DNA of 62,599 nt from Rhodocyclaceae bacterium (GCA_019750575.1 JAIEOJ010000004.1:1-62599), one strand, 5' to 3'. Numbered from the stretch's first letter, positions 7,925-19,160 are shown. Program-made: numbers and translations. The notes: generated from the letters alone by a model not told the origin.

Positions 7925-9847
7925 TTACTGGCAGTTCTTTGTCCAGTCCTCTTGAGCTGGGCACTTCACTGTAGATGAGGTGAGTCGTTCTACCTGAGTG
8001 ACGTCCCGAACTGCTCCGGTATCAGCGCTGGTGGTTAATGCACCATAGGCCTTTAAAGCCGGAGAGACAACGCGATGCCTTTTTAGAGGCTTCCAGGCTT
8101 TGTCGCCGCGTTGCTCCATGATCGTCTGACGTTTGGTCATTTCGTCGTTGCTGATGCGTAGAGCGATGGTGCGGTTGGGAATATCGATGTCGATGATATC
8201 GCCGTCATTGACCAGTGCAATCGCCCCTCCCATGGCTGCTTCCGGAGAGACGTGGCCGATTGAAAGACCCGAGGTGGCGCCAGAGAACCGACCGTCGGTT
8301 AGCAGTGCGCAAGCTTTACCTAGACCCTTGGATTTGAGAAAGCTGGTTGGGTAGAGCATTTCCTGCATGCCGGGGCCGCCCTTAGGGCCTTCATAACGGA
8401 TGACGACGACATCACCCGCCTTGACCTTGTCCCCCAGAATTGCTTCGACCGCATCATCCTGGCTTTCGAAGACGACGGCCGGGCCGGAGAACTTGAGGAT
8501 GGATTCATCGACGCCGGCGGTCTTGACGATGCAGCCCTTGAGCGCGATGTTGCCGGATAGGACGGCGAGGCCGCCGTCTTGCGAGAAGGCGTATTCCTTG
8601 CTGCGGATCACGCCGCCTTTGCGGTCGATGTCGAGCTCGTTGTAGCGCCGATCCTGAGAAAAGGCGATTTGTGTCGGGACACCACCCGGTGCAGCACGGT
8701 AGAACTTCTTGATGCTCTCGTCGCTGGTGCGCATCACATCGTACTTATCAATGGCCTCACCCAATGTCCTGGTATGTACGGTCGGAACATTGCGGTGGAG
8801 CAGGCCAGCACGATCCAGCTCGCCGAGGATGCCCATGATGCCGCCGGCGCGATGCACGTCTTCCATGTGCACATCGCTCTTGGCCGGTGCTACCTTGGAC
8901 AGGCAGGGGACCCGACGTGAGACTCGGTCGATGTCGGCCATCTTGAACGGCACGCCGGCTTCATTGGCTGCAGCCAACATATGCAGCACGGTATTGGTCG
9001 ACCCCCCCATGGCCACGTCCAGGCTCATTGCGTTTTCAAACGCTTCAAAGCTGGCAATAGACCGCGGCAGCACTGAGGAATCGTTTTGTTCGTAATAGCG
9101 ACGGGCAAGATCGACAACAAGACGGCCGGCTTCCAGGAAGAGCGCTTTCCGGTCAGTATGTGTCGCAAGCACCGAGCCGTTTCCCGGCAGGGACAGGCCC
9201 AGCACTTCGGTCAGGCAGTTCATCGAGTTGGCGGTGAACATGCCGGAGCAGGAGCCGCAGGTCGGACAGGCCGAGCGCTCGTAGGCTTCAGACTCTTCGT
9301 CCGAGCAGGTCGGATCCGCACCCTTGATCATGGCGTCGACGAGGTCGACGGCGATGATCTTGTTGCCGCCTTCGAGATCGGACAGGTTCACCTTGCCGGC
9401 TTCCATCGGGCCGCCGGAAACGAAGACGGCGGGGATGTTGAGGCGCATGGCGGCCATCAGCATGCCCGGGGTGATCTTGTCGCAGTTCGAGATGCACACC
9501 ATGGCGTCGGCACAGTGCGCATTGACCATGTATTCAACCGAGTCGGCGATCAGTTCGCGCGAGGGCAGCGAATACAGCATGCCGCCGTGACCCATGGCGA
9601 TGCCGTCGTCCACGGCGATGGTGTTGAATTCCTTGGCCACGCCGCCTGCCGCTTCGATTTCGCGGGCGACCATCTGGCCCAAGTCCTTGAGGTGGACGTG
9701 ACCCGGCACAAACTGGGTGAAAGAGTTGACCACGGCGATGATGGGCTTGCCAAAGTCGCCGTCCTTCATGCCGGTGGCGCGCCACAGTGCGCGGGCGCCC
9801 GCCATATTGCGGCCGTGGGTAGAAGTCTTTGAACGATAGTCAGGCAT
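7925..9847 (-). CDS. ilvD: Dihydroxy-acid dehydratase
   Basis: Start at [53 protein letters not shown]. It is collinear with enterobacterial IlvD along its length ([31 protein letters not shown]) and has a short extra C-terminal tail (..[16 protein letters not shown]). Confidence 0.9.
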   Translation of the reverse strand: MPDYRSKTSTHGRNMAGARALWRATGMKDGDFGKPIIAVVNSFTQFVPGHVHLKDLGQMVAREIEAAGGVAKEFNTIAVDDGIAMGHGGMLYSLPSRELIADSVEYMVNAHCADAMVCISNCDKITPGMLMAAMRLNIPAVFVSGGPMEAGKVNLSDLEGGNKIIAVDLVDAMIKGADPTCSDEESEAYERSACPTCGSCSGMFTANSMNCLTEVLGLSLPGNGSVLATHTDRKALFLEAGRLVVDLARRYYEQNDSSVLPRSIASFEAFENAMSLDVAMGGSTNTVLHMLAAANEAGVPFKMADIDRVSRRVPCLSKVAPAKSDVHMEDVHRAGGIMGILGELDRAGLLHRNVPTVHTRTLGEAIDKYDVMRTSDESIKKFYRAAPGGVPTQIAFSQDRRYNELDIDRKGGVIRSKEYAFSQDGGLAVLSGNIALKGCIVKTAGVDESILKFSGPAVVFESQDDAVEAILGDKVKAGDVVVIRYEGPKGGPGMQEMLYPTSFLKSKGLGKACALLTDGRFSGATSGLSIGHVSPEAAMGGAIALVNDGDIIDIDIPNRTIALRISNDEMTKRQTIMEQRGDKAWKPLKRHRVVSPALKAYGALTTSADTGAVRDVTQVERLTSSTVKCPAQEDWTKNCQ

Positions 9848-9888
9848 GGTTAGCAACTAAAAAATGTGTATGCAGTAGGTGTGAGTGA

Positions 9889-10611
9889 TTACGCCACAGG
9901 ATGATCGATGGAACCCTTCATGATGGCTTCCCGCTTTTCTATCAGATGGTCGCGAAGAATTTCTGCCAAACGCTTTCCATCACGGGCATCCAGTGCCTTA
10001 AGCATCTCTTCATGTTCTTGAATGGCCTTGTCCCATTTCGCAACATCAAAGTTGGAGCGGAACCTTAGGGCTTTGATCCTGCGGTTAAGTGATGTGTAGG
10101 TTTGCCTAAGGGCGCTATTACGAGCAGCCTCATTGATGCGATCGTGAATTTCCTGGTTGTAGCGGTAATAGTTCGAGAGGTCGTTCTTCTCTCTGCAGGT
10201 AATCATCGCGTAGTGCAGCGCTTTGATATCTGCAATTTCGGTAGGGGTTATCCGCTCGCAGGCGAGCTCACCGGACAGCGCTTCGAGGCCGCTCAGGAGC
10301 TCAAACATCTCCCAAATTTCTGTCTCACTCAGTTTTGAAACAGAGGCTCCTCGGTTGGGCTCGATATCAATCAAGCCTTCGGCTGCCAATACCTTCAGCG
10401 CTTCGCGCAAAGGTGTCCGAGAAATACCCAGGGTCTCGCAGATCTCTCTCTCATTGAGCTTCATGCCCGGTGCGAGCACGCCTTCAACAATGAAGTTGCG
10501 AATGTGCTCCACAACAGTGTCATGTAGTCGTTGTCGCTCCAGCTTGGGCATTGCTAGCTTGGGAGCTGAACTGGGAGGCTGAATTTCTTCAGGGTCAATG
10601 GAATTTTGCAT
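9889..10611 (-). CDS. GntR-family transcriptional regulator (FadR/FCD-type C-terminal domain)
   Basis: N-terminal winged HTH (KLNEREICETLGISRTPLREALKVLAAEGLIDIEPNRGASV) followed by an all-helical FCD-like domain. It lies 41 nt upstream of ilvD and is divergent from the aminotransferase gene. Confidence 0.85.
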   Translation of the reverse strand: MQNSIDPEEIQPPSSAPKLAMPKLERQRLHDTVVEHIRNFIVEGVLAPGMKLNEREICETLGISRTPLREALKVLAAEGLIDIEPNRGASVSKLSETEIWEMFELLSGLEALSGELACERITPTEIADIKALHYAMITCREKNDLSNYYRYNQEIHDRINEAARNSALRQTYTSLNRRIKALRFRSNFDVAKWDKAIQEHEEMLKALDARDGKRLAEILRDHLIEKREAIMKGSIDHPVA

Positions 10612-10737
10612 ACAAAAAATCTGCCCGCTAAGGATGTGAATTCATTATACAGAAATCAATTGGTTGCACCGCAATGGTTTTTAAGGGTTTTTTGTGTCAA
10701 TAAAAAACCCTTTGCTTTTATGAATTCGTCTGATACA

Positions 10738-10756
10738 TTTATTTTGCATGCAATAT
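10738..10756. promoter_or_regulatory. Candidate operator TTTATTTTGCATGCAATAT (near-palindrome ATTTTGCATGCAATAT) in the gntR/aminotransferase divergent region
   Basis: 18/21 identical to a motif at 20739..20759 in front of the ALDH operon. It sits just downstream of a possible TTGCTT-N16-TACATT promoter. Confidence 0.4.
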
Positions 10757-10782
10757 GCAATGGACAAAGAAAAGAGGAACTC

Positions 10783-12024
10783 ATGGTTAAACTTGATTTT
10801 CACCCCACTGGTCATCACTTTCTGCAGATCCCGGGCCCCAGTCCGGTGCCTGACCGCATTCTGCGGGCGATGAGCTTTCCTACCATTGACCATCGTGGCC
10901 CCGAATTTGGTGCCCTTGGCCTCAAGGTATTGGCTGGCATCAAAGACATTTTCAAAACGAAGCACCCGGTCATCATCTACCCGGCCTCCGGTACGGGTGC
11001 CTGGGAGGCAGCACTGGCAAATACGCTAAGTCCTGGCGACCACGTCCTTATGTATGAAACCGGTCATTTCGCCTCGCTGTGGAACAAGATGGCGACACGC
11101 ATGGGCCTGAGCACGGAATTCGTTGCATGGCAGGGCAAGGATGAGCATTTGCCACATGCTCCCAGCTGGCGCCGTGGTGTTCAGGCTGATCTGATTCAAG
11201 AGCGTCTGATGAAGGATCCGGAGCACCGAATCAAGGCGGTGTGCGTGGTTCATAACGAGACCTCGACTGGCGTTACTTCCGACATTGCATCGGTACGCAA
11301 GGCTATTGATGCTGCTAAGCATCCGGCGTTGTTGATCGTTGACACCATCTCCGGTCTCGCGAGCGCCGATTTCCGCCATGACGAATGGGGTGTCGACGTC
11401 ACCGTGAGCGGTTCCCAGAAAGGCCTGATGCTGCCGCCGGGCATTAGCTTCAACGCCATCTCGCCGCGCGCGCTGGAAGCAATGAAATCCTCGAAGATGC
11501 CGCGCTCGTTCTGGGCCTGGGATGAAATCGTCGAGATGAACAAGGACGGCTACTGGCCCTATACCCCGAATACGAATCTGCTCTACGGCCTGTCCGAGGC
11601 GTTGGACATGATCGCCGAAGAAGGCCTGGACAAGGTTTTTGCTCGTCACCATCGTTGGGCTGCAGGCGTCCGTGCTGCAGTTAATGCTTGGGGCCTGCCT
11701 ATCCAATGTGATGACCCGAGCGTGTACTCCCCAGTCCTGACGGGTGTCATTACTCCGGAAGGTGTGGATGCCGATGCTGTTCGTCGCACCATCTACGAAC
11801 GCTTCGATCTGTCGCTTGGAACGGGTCTGGGCAAGCTCAAGGGCCGAATGTTCCGTATCGGCCACCTGGGAGACAGCAACGACCTGACGCTCCTGGCAAC
11901 GATCGCTGCAGTCGAAATGGGCCTCAAGCTTTCCGGCGTGAAGCTTGCTGAAAGCGGCGTGCACGTCGCTATGGACTACTTCAGCAACAACCCTTCCAAG
12001 GTGGTACTAAAGAAGGCTGCCTAA
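10783..12024 (+). CDS. Class-V PLP aminotransferase (serine-glyoxylate / alanine-glyoxylate / serine-pyruvate type)
   Basis: Trimmed to the ATG at 10783, preceded by AAGAGGAA. The protein starts MVKLDFHPTGHHFLQIPGPSPVPDRILRAM..IDHRGPEF and has SGSQKGLMLPPG (PLP lysine context). Confidence 0.8.
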   Translation: MVKLDFHPTGHHFLQIPGPSPVPDRILRAMSFPTIDHRGPEFGALGLKVLAGIKDIFKTKHPVIIYPASGTGAWEAALANTLSPGDHVLMYETGHFASLWNKMATRMGLSTEFVAWQGKDEHLPHAPSWRRGVQADLIQERLMKDPEHRIKAVCVVHNETSTGVTSDIASVRKAIDAAKHPALLIVDTISGLASADFRHDEWGVDVTVSGSQKGLMLPPGISFNAISPRALEAMKSSKMPRSFWAWDEIVEMNKDGYWPYTPNTNLLYGLSEALDMIAEEGLDKVFARHHRWAAGVRAAVNAWGLPIQCDDPSVYSPVLTGVITPEGVDADAVRRTIYERFDLSLGTGLGKLKGRMFRIGHLGDSNDLTLLATIAAVEMGLKLSGVKLAESGVHVAMDYFSNNPSKVVLKKAA

Positions 12025-12236
12025 ACGAGCGTGGCGTGCGCACTCCATTTAACGACCACCCCCCGCGAGTCGAAGAATGGGGTGCGCTATGCCGGCCTTG
12101 GTGGTTAATAAAGATTCATCGGTTTTCCAGCGTTACCCGAAGTGCAGTGTTTTGCTTGGCTAGAAAAAGCCAAATTTCCAACAGTGTGAGTCGTAAAACG
12201 ATCACCCAGTATTCGGATAAATAAGAGGAGAAGCAA

Positions 12237-13229
12237 ATGAAGATCAGCACCCTTTCGGTTGCAACCTGTATGGCCCTCACGATGGCAGCACCGGCCGCCT
12301 ATGCACAATGGCAGCCAACCAAGGCTATCGAAATTGTTGTTCCGTTTTCCCCCGGTGGTGCTTCTGACCAAATGGCGCGAGTTGTTCAGGCCATCATCAC
12401 CAAGAACAATCTAATCAAACAACCTATCGTCATTCAGAACAAGGCAGGTGCTTCCGGGGCCGAGGGTCTGATTGATGTAGCAAGCGACAAGGGGAATCCC
12501 CACAAGATCATCGTTGCTTCAACCGCCATCTACACTGTTCCTCTGGCGAGTTCCGTTCCTTTCAACTGGCGTGACCTGAATCCGATTGCCATGATTGCGC
12601 AGGATCAGTTTGTTCTCTGGGTCAATGCGAGTTCGCCTTACACCACGGTAAAGGAATACATCGCTGCCGCCAAGCAAAAGCCGGAAGCCTTCCGTATGGG
12701 GGGCACGAGCTCGAAACGTGAAGACCAGGTCATCACTGCGCAGATGGAGCAAGCCACGGGCGCGAAGTTCACTTACATCCCGTATAAGGGTGGTGGCGAA
12801 GTCAGTACTCAACTTGTCGGAAAACACCTGGAGTCCTGCACCAACAACCCGAGCGAGTCGGTTGCCCAGTGGCGCGCCAATCAGCTACGCGCATTGTGCG
12901 TGTTCGATAGCAGCCGCATCGGCTACAAGACAAAGATCACCGAAACTCAGGCATGGTCGGATATCCCGACGTGCAAGGAAGCCGGCCTTGATGTCCAGTA
13001 CACGATGCTTCGCGGGATCTTCATGCCGACTGGTGTGACTGCCGAGCAAACCAAGTTCTACGTTGATCTGTTTGCCAAGATCGTAGCTACGCCTGAGTGG
13101 AAGGAATACCTCGAAAAGAACGCGCTCAAGCAGGAGTTTGTCACCGGCGAGGCATTCAATACCTTCCTCGCAAAGGATGAAAACCGTCACCGTGAAATCA
13201 TGAAGGCTGCTGGCTTTCTGAAGCAGTAA
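12237..13229 (+). CDS. tctC: Tripartite tricarboxylate transporter (TTT) periplasmic substrate-binding protein (Bug/TctC family)
   Basis: Signal peptide, then QWQPTKAIEIVVPFSPGGASDQMARV, typical of the Bug/TctC family. AAGAGGAG RBS. Confidence 0.85.
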   Translation: MKISTLSVATCMALTMAAPAAYAQWQPTKAIEIVVPFSPGGASDQMARVVQAIITKNNLIKQPIVIQNKAGASGAEGLIDVASDKGNPHKIIVASTAIYTVPLASSVPFNWRDLNPIAMIAQDQFVLWVNASSPYTTVKEYIAAAKQKPEAFRMGGTSSKREDQVITAQMEQATGAKFTYIPYKGGGEVSTQLVGKHLESCTNNPSESVAQWRANQLRALCVFDSSRIGYKTKITETQAWSDIPTCKEAGLDVQYTMLRGIFMPTGVTAEQTKFYVDLFAKIVATPEWKEYLEKNALKQEFVTGEAFNTFLAKDENRHREIMKAAGFLKQ

Positions 13230-13241
13230 TAGGTGGCTGAC

Positions 13242-13760
13242 ATGAGTGTGACTGAACTTGTTTCTGAAGAAGGAGCCCAGGAGGGCAAAGGTATTTCACG
13301 GCGAAGCGTAGAGCTCGTCGTGGCCTTTGTTCTGATGGTGCTCTGCGCTGCCCTTGCCTGGGATAACAACAAGATCGGGGCCGGATGGGGAGGCGCCGGG
13401 CCGGAGGCCGGCTATTTCCCCTTTCGACTTGCGGTAGGCGTTGGTCTCTGCGGGCTCGCTATTTTCATCTCGGCTTTCAGGGAGGGGAATAGCGAGCTCT
13501 TCGCGACCTGGCTTCAGCTCAAGCGCGTCTTCCAACTGCTTGTTCCCTTGTTGGTCTATGTGGCTTCGATCAGCTACTTGGGAATCTACCTGTCTTCGGC
13601 CCTCTTTATTGCCTGTTTCATGAAGTTCGCCGGTGGCTACAGCATTCTCAGGTCGCTTGCCACTGGGGTGATTACCAATCTCGTCATGTTCTATGTATTT
13701 GAGCTTCAGTTCTCGGTTCCCCTTCCCAAAGGTCCGATAGAAGCCTTGTTCGGATTCTAA
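13242..13760 (+). CDS. tctB: TTT small membrane subunit (TctB family)
   Basis: Four predicted TM segments. It lies between tctC and tctA. Start uncertain (GTG 13233 or ATG 13242). Confidence 0.7.
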   Translation: MSVTELVSEEGAQEGKGISRRSVELVVAFVLMVLCAALAWDNNKIGAGWGGAGPEAGYFPFRLAVGVGLCGLAIFISAFREGNSELFATWLQLKRVFQLLVPLLVYVASISYLGIYLSSALFIACFMKFAGGYSILRSLATGVITNLVMFYVFELQFSVPLPKGPIEALFGF

Positions 13761-13772
13761 GGAGATCAGGAA

Positions 13773-15290
13773 ATGGAAGAACTAAGTCTCTTAGCAAATG
13801 GTTTCGGAGTCATCCTGACCTGGCAGAACATCGGCTTGATGATGATCGGCATTCTCCTCGGCATCATCGTAGGGGTATTGCCCGGTTTGGGCGGCCCGAA
13901 TGGTGTGGCAATTCTGCTGCCGCTGACCTTTGGCATGTCGCCTACCTCGGCCATCATTCTCCTCAGTTGTATTTATTGGGGCGCATTGTTTGGCGGCGCA
14001 ATCACTTCGGTGCTGTTCAATATCCCAGGTGAGGCATGGTCAGTTGCGACAACCTTTGACGGTTATCCCATGGCACAAAATGGGCAAGCCGGCGCTGCAC
14101 TAACGAACGCATTCTCCGGATCGTTCATCGGTGCGATTACGGGTGTTCTTCTGATTACCTTCCTTGCACCACGGGTAGCGGCTTTCGCCCTGGAGTTCGG
14201 CCCACCTGAGTTCTTTGCAGTCTTTTTCCTGACCTTCTGTAGCTTCATCGGTCTTGGGAAAGAGCCTAAAGCAAAGATCATGGCCGCTATGGGCCTTGGC
14301 CTGTTGCTCGCGGCAGTCGGGATGGACACTGTATCCGGCGACCTGCGCATGACCTTTGGCAGTCGTGAGCTGATGCGTGGTTTCGACTTCCTGGTTGTTG
14401 TGATTGGTCTCTTCGGTATCAGCGAAATCCTGATCACCATCGAGGAGGGGCTTGCCTTCAAGGGTAAGTCAGCCAAGATCGACCTCAAGGTTGTGCTGAA
14501 GACCTGGGCTCAATTGCCACGCTACTTCGTCACCATGATCCGTTCATGTGTCGTCGGCTGCTGGATGGGCATCACGCCGGGTGGTGCGGTCGCTGCGAGT
14601 TTCATGGGCTATGGTTTGGCTAAGCGTTTTTCAAAGGAACCTGATAGCTTCGGCAAGGGGAATCCAGAAGGCGTTCTTGCTCCTGAAACGGCTGCGCATG
14701 CGGCAGGTACTGCAGCACTGCTGCCGATGCTGGCACTGGGCATTCCTGGTTCGGCGACGGCTGCTGTGTTGCTTGGCGGTCTGATGATCTGGGGCTTGCA
14801 GCCCGGTCCGCTGCTCTTTACCGAGCAGAAGGACTTCGTGTGGGGCCTGATTGCGAGTATGTATCTGGGCAACATCGCCGGTCTCATCATCGTGCTGTCG
14901 ACGGTTCCGTTGTTCGCTGCAATCCTGAAGGTCCCGTTCTCGATCATCGCTCCGATGATTCTGATGGTCTGTGCGGTAGGTGCCTACACTGTTCTGGGTT
15001 CCGTCCACGACATCTGGATCATGGCTTTGTTCGGCATCGTCGGCTACATCTTCAAGAAGCTGACGTATCCCTTGGCTCCGCTAGTCCTCGCACTCGTGCT
15101 GGGTGATCGATTGGAGGATGCATTCCGTCAAAGCATGCTCACCAGCAAGGGCTCCCTGGATATTTTCTGGAGCAACGGATTGTGCGGTTCCATTACTACC
15201 ATTGCCATCCTGCTGCTGATATCGCCGGCATTTGGTTGGATTCGTGACCGTATCAAGGCTTCCAAGTCTGCTGAGTCGAAGTTCGCATAA
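13773..15290 (+). CDS. tctA: TTT large permease subunit (TctA family)
   Basis: 505-aa polytopic membrane protein whose N-terminus (...LLGIIVGVLPGLGGPNGVAILLPLTF) is typical of TctA. Confidence 0.85.
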   Translation: MEELSLLANGFGVILTWQNIGLMMIGILLGIIVGVLPGLGGPNGVAILLPLTFGMSPTSAIILLSCIYWGALFGGAITSVLFNIPGEAWSVATTFDGYPMAQNGQAGAALTNAFSGSFIGAITGVLLITFLAPRVAAFALEFGPPEFFAVFFLTFCSFIGLGKEPKAKIMAAMGLGLLLAAVGMDTVSGDLRMTFGSRELMRGFDFLVVVIGLFGISEILITIEEGLAFKGKSAKIDLKVVLKTWAQLPRYFVTMIRSCVVGCWMGITPGGAVAASFMGYGLAKRFSKEPDSFGKGNPEGVLAPETAAHAAGTAALLPMLALGIPGSATAAVLLGGLMIWGLQPGPLLFTEQKDFVWGLIASMYLGNIAGLIIVLSTVPLFAAILKVPFSIIAPMILMVCAVGAYTVLGSVHDIWIMALFGIVGYIFKKLTYPLAPLVLALVLGDRLEDAFRQSMLTSKGSLDIFWSNGLCGSITTIAILLLISPAFGWIRDRIKASKSAESKFA

Positions 15291-15337
15291 AAGGCACTTT
15301 TCCCGGGGGAGAATCCCCCGGGAAGTTAAAGAACATC

Positions 15338-16102
15338 ATGAAAGAAAAAGCTGCTCAAGAAGCGTTGGCCGTACTGATTTCAAGAAGGCCTGAGAAAAGT
15401 CTGCTGCTCGAAGATATACGGCACGACTTGTTCCCTGTCAGTGCTGTTGATGCGTATGCAATACAAGATCACATTGTTTCTCGTCGGATGGAAGGCGTGG
15501 GAGCATGGAAGGTCGGGGCTTCAGCCGAAGGCGTACAGCCACGGTGTTCGCCAATAACACAGGACACCCTTCATTCAAGCCCTGCAACACTGAATCAAGT
15601 TCAGTTCAGTCATTCGGGTATCGAGCTGGAAATCGCTTTCCGGATGACAAGAAGCTTTTCGAAAAACGACATTCCAGAAGAGGACAACGAGATATTGGCT
15701 TCGATCTCTTCGATGGCAGCAGCAATCGAGATCGTCAGCAGCCGATTTGTCGAGTGGCCAAACGTTCCTACCCTGATTCAATTGGCTGATCTTCTCAACA
15801 ACGGCGCACTGGTCGTCGGCGAGTTTGTGCCGTATGACAGCAACTACCCATTCCGTTCGCCACTAGGAGCGCTCTTCGTTGACGAAAATCAGGTTTCTCG
15901 GGATGACTTGAGTAATACATCTGGAGATCCTCGATTTCTGTTGCCATGGCTCATACGCCATAGCGTAGAGCGTGGGTTTGATGTGACGCCAGAAACCATC
16001 ATTACCACCGGCACCTATGTCGGAATGCATTTTCCAAGGCGGCCTAGTTGCATTCTTGGTTGTCTCGATGCGCTTCCATCAGTGAAGCTGACGCTTGCAT
16101 AG
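15338..16102 (+). CDS. 2-keto-4-pentenoate hydratase/decarboxylase-family (MhpD/HpcG-like, FAH fold) enzyme
   Basis: 254 aa with VDAYAIQD.. and GAWKVGA motifs and a C-terminal IITTGTY motif, characteristic of this hydratase family. Confidence 0.6.
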   Translation: MKEKAAQEALAVLISRRPEKSLLLEDIRHDLFPVSAVDAYAIQDHIVSRRMEGVGAWKVGASAEGVQPRCSPITQDTLHSSPATLNQVQFSHSGIELEIAFRMTRSFSKNDIPEEDNEILASISSMAAAIEIVSSRFVEWPNVPTLIQLADLLNNGALVVGEFVPYDSNYPFRSPLGALFVDENQVSRDDLSNTSGDPRFLLPWLIRHSVERGFDVTPETIITTGTYVGMHFPRRPSCILGCLDALPSVKLTLA

Positions 16103-16148
16103 ATTCTCGTATCAAGGCTTCACCGAAACTCGCTTCTGAAGGTTGAAA

Positions 16149-19100
16149 ATGACAAAACAAAACTCCCCGCTTCCTCCTCAGCCCGTCTTCTTTCAAAAGA
16201 AATCTGTAATGGCTCCAGCCGGATTGATGGCGGCACTGCAGAAAGAACTTAGAGGTGACGTCATTTTCGATACGGCGGGACGAGGCCGTTACTCGACTGA
16301 TGCCTCGATCTACCAGATCATGCCGATTGGCGTCGTTGTGCCCCGGGATCAGGACGATGTTCTCCTTGCACTGGAGATAGCCCGAAACTTCAAGGCACCT
16401 GTTCTACCTCGTGGCGGTGGTACCAGTCAGTGTGGCCAGACAGTGGGCGAGGCTCTGGTCATTGATAACAGCAAATGGTTGAACAAGATCGTCGATTTCG
16501 ACGCTGAGAAGCTGACGATCACCGTAGAGCCCGGCATTGTTCTGGACCACCTGAATGCCTGGCTGAAGCCCTATGGCCTTTGGTACCCAGTCGATGTATC
16601 CACCGCCGCACAATGCACGCTTGGCGGTATGGCAGGCAACAATTCCTGTGGCTCCCGTTCCATAGCCTACGGCAACATGGTTCACAACGTTCTCGCAATT
16701 GACGCGGTGCTGGCAGACGGAACGATGGGGCATTTTGGTTCGTTGAAGCATGCCGTTGCTCCTGGCCGGATGACACAAATTCTGGATGGAGTCAGAAGCA
16801 TTGCTTTACGCGAGCAAGCTGAAATTCGTGAGCGAGTTCCCAAGGTTCTGCGCCGCGTTGCCGGCTACAACATTGATATTTTCGACTGCCAGAATCCGCT
16901 TGCCTATACCGATGATGGACATGCCAACTTGTCTCATCTGCTGGTAGGTTCGGAAGGCACGCTGGCCTATACGCGCCAGATCACGCTGAAGCTGGCTCCG
17001 CTGCCGACGCATAAGGTGCTGGGTGTTGTGAATTTCCCCAGCTTCTATCAGGCCATGGACCTGACGCAGCACATCGTCAAACTGCTGCCGACTGCCGTAG
17101 AGTTGGTAGACAGCACCATGATCACGCTCTCACGCGAAAATCCAGCATTCCGTCCAGTGATTGAGAAAGCCCTGATCGGCTCTCCTGCGGCGATCCTTCT
17201 GGTCGAGTTTTCTGGTGCCGATCGCGATTCACTCTTGATCTCTCTCAAGAAGCTAGGTGAGTTGATGGGGGATCTTGGCTTGCCGGAAAGTGTCGTCTTC
17301 ATGCCCGAAGAGGGCGCTCAGAAGGCGTTGTGGGATGTACGTAAGGCCGGCCTCAATATCATGATGAGCATGAAGGGCAACGGTAAGCCGGTGTCCTTTG
17401 TCGAGGACTGCGCAGTACCGTTGGAGCACCTTGCCGAATATACGTCTGAGTTGACTGAGATTTTCCACAAGTACGGAACGGAAGGCACTTGGTATGCCCA
17501 CGCAAGTGTCGGCACTCTCCACGTACGTCCTATCCTCGATATGCGCAACGATGGCGCCGCCAAGATGCGCGAGATTGGGAATCAGGCAGCAGAACTGGTG
17601 CGCAAGTACAAGGGGGCCTTCTCTGGCGAGCACGGCGATGGCTTGTGCCGAGGAGAATGGGTGTCCTGGCAGTACGGCCCCAAGATTAACCAGGCATTTA
17701 GCGAGATCAAGAGTCTGATCGATCCTGATAACCGTTTTAATCCGGACAAGATTGTTCGTCCTCCCAAGATGGATGACCGCAGCAACTTCCGCTACAAGCC
17801 CGGTTATGAAGTCAAATCGATTAGACCAGCGCTTGATTGGTCGGAGTGGAATGTTCACCGCGACCCCCTGACTGGCGTGGAAACCGCGCCGGGTACAGGC
17901 GCAGACCCTTCCAACGGTTTGGCCTCTGCGGTCGAGATGTGCAATAACAACGGGCATTGCCGCAAGTTTGATGCGGGAACGATGTGCCCGAGCTATCGCA
18001 TCACGAAGGATGAATTGCATCTGACACGCGGTCGGGCAAATACACTTCGTCTCGCAGTTTCGGGCCAGTTGGGGGCTGAAGGTTTAGCCAGTCCTGAGGT
18101 CAAGGAAACCCTGGATTTGTGTGTCTCCTGCAAGGGCTGTAAGCGAGATTGTCCGACGGGTATCGACATGGCGAAGTTCAAGATAGAAGCGCGCTATGCA
18201 TGGGCCCAAAAGTATGGGACGACTCTGCGAGAGAAGCTGATTGCCTTCACGCCTCGTTATGCTCCGCTTGCGAGCCGCTTCCGTGCCTTAGTGACGGTGG
18301 CAGACAATATCCCTGTTGTGTCTGCCTTGGCGAAGAAAATCATCGGCTTTGCGCCTGAACGTTCACTCCCGCGTTTCAGCAAGCCCTTCCTGGACTCTGT
18401 TGAAGTCGACAGTTCGCTTGGCGTACGCGAGGTCATGTTGTTCGTGGATACGTTCAACAACTACATGGAGCCGGACAACGCCAAGGCGGCGCATCAGGTG
18501 CTTAAGGCCGCGGGCTATAAGGTTCATTTCAACAAGCGGCCGGGTGAGCGTCCCTTGTGCTGTGGACGGACTTTCCTTTCCGCAGGCTTGGTGGATGAGG
18601 CCAAGGCAGAAGCTGAGCGTGCATTGAACGCCCTCAAACCTTATGTTGAGCGCGGCATTCCGATCGTCGGCCTTGAGCCATCATGCTTGCTCTCCTTCAG
18701 GGATGAGTTCCTCAATTTTGGTTGGGGCGATCTTGCTGAAAAGCTTGCGCAAAACAGCTTTTTGTTCGAAGAGTTTCTGGTCAGGGAAAAAGAGGCCGGC
18801 AGGATGACGCTAGATCTCAAGCCTTTGGCGGAGTCAGAAGCGCTGGTTCATGGACACTGCCACCAGAAAGCGATGGATGCTTTTACTCCGGTTCAGAAGG
18901 TACTTGGCTGGATCCCGAATCTTAAGGTGTCACCCATCCAGTCGTCTTGCTGCGGCATGGCCGGCAGCTTTGGTTATGAAGCCGAGCACTATGAGGCCTC
19001 GCTCAGCATGGCCGAGCTATCCTTGCTTCCTGCGGTTCGCAAGCGCGGCTCCGATACGTTAGTCGTAGCGGATGGCACCAGCTGCCGCTATCAGATCCAC

Positions 19101-19160
19101 GATGGCACGGATGCTACGCCGCTCCACGTGGCACAAGTTCTGGCTAAGTCTCTGGCATGA
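16149..19160 (+). CDS. Fused FAD-linked oxidase / 4Fe-4S / CCG-domain dehydrogenase (YdiJ-like D-2-hydroxyacid dehydrogenase type)
   Basis: About 1000 aa. It has an N-terminal FAD-binding PCMH domain (PRGGGTSQCGQ), a central 2x[4Fe-4S] segment (CxxCxxC: CVSCKGCKRDCP) and C-terminal Cys-rich CCG repeats. The start is ATG 16149 or TTG 16143. Confidence 0.75.
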   Translation: MTKQNSPLPPQPVFFQKKSVMAPAGLMAALQKELRGDVIFDTAGRGRYSTDASIYQIMPIGVVVPRDQDDVLLALEIARNFKAPVLPRGGGTSQCGQTVGEALVIDNSKWLNKIVDFDAEKLTITVEPGIVLDHLNAWLKPYGLWYPVDVSTAAQCTLGGMAGNNSCGSRSIAYGNMVHNVLAIDAVLADGTMGHFGSLKHAVAPGRMTQILDGVRSIALREQAEIRERVPKVLRRVAGYNIDIFDCQNPLAYTDDGHANLSHLLVGSEGTLAYTRQITLKLAPLPTHKVLGVVNFPSFYQAMDLTQHIVKLLPTAVELVDSTMITLSRENPAFRPVIEKALIGSPAAILLVEFSGADRDSLLISLKKLGELMGDLGLPESVVFMPEEGAQKALWDVRKAGLNIMMSMKGNGKPVSFVEDCAVPLEHLAEYTSELTEIFHKYGTEGTWYAHASVGTLHVRPILDMRNDGAAKMREIGNQAAELVRKYKGAFSGEHGDGLCRGEWVSWQYGPKINQAFSEIKSLIDPDNRFNPDKIVRPPKMDDRSNFRYKPGYEVKSIRPALDWSEWNVHRDPLTGVETAPGTGADPSNGLASAVEMCNNNGHCRKFDAGTMCPSYRITKDELHLTRGRANTLRLAVSGQLGAEGLASPEVKETLDLCVSCKGCKRDCPTGIDMAKFKIEARYAWAQKYGTTLREKLIAFTPRYAPLASRFRALVTVADNIPVVSALAKKIIGFAPERSLPRFSKPFLDSVEVDSSLGVREVMLFVDTFNNYMEPDNAKAAHQVLKAAGYKVHFNKRPGERPLCCGRTFLSAGLVDEAKAEAERALNALKPYVERGIPIVGLEPSCLLSFRDEFLNFGWGDLAEKLAQNSFLFEEFLVREKEAGRMTLDLKPLAESEALVHGHCHQKAMDAFTPVQKVLGWIPNLKVSPIQSSCCGMAGSFGYEAEHYEASLSMAELSLLPAVRKRGSDTLVVADGTSCRYQIHDGTDATPLHVAQVLAKSLA

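Noticed and set aside
11026-11964. 312-aa minus-strand ORF
   Set aside because: It is antisense to the class-V aminotransferase gene. The ORFs at 17253..18020 and 22827..23363 were rejected likewise, being antisense to the FAD/Fe-S dehydrogenase and the LDH-like gene respectively.
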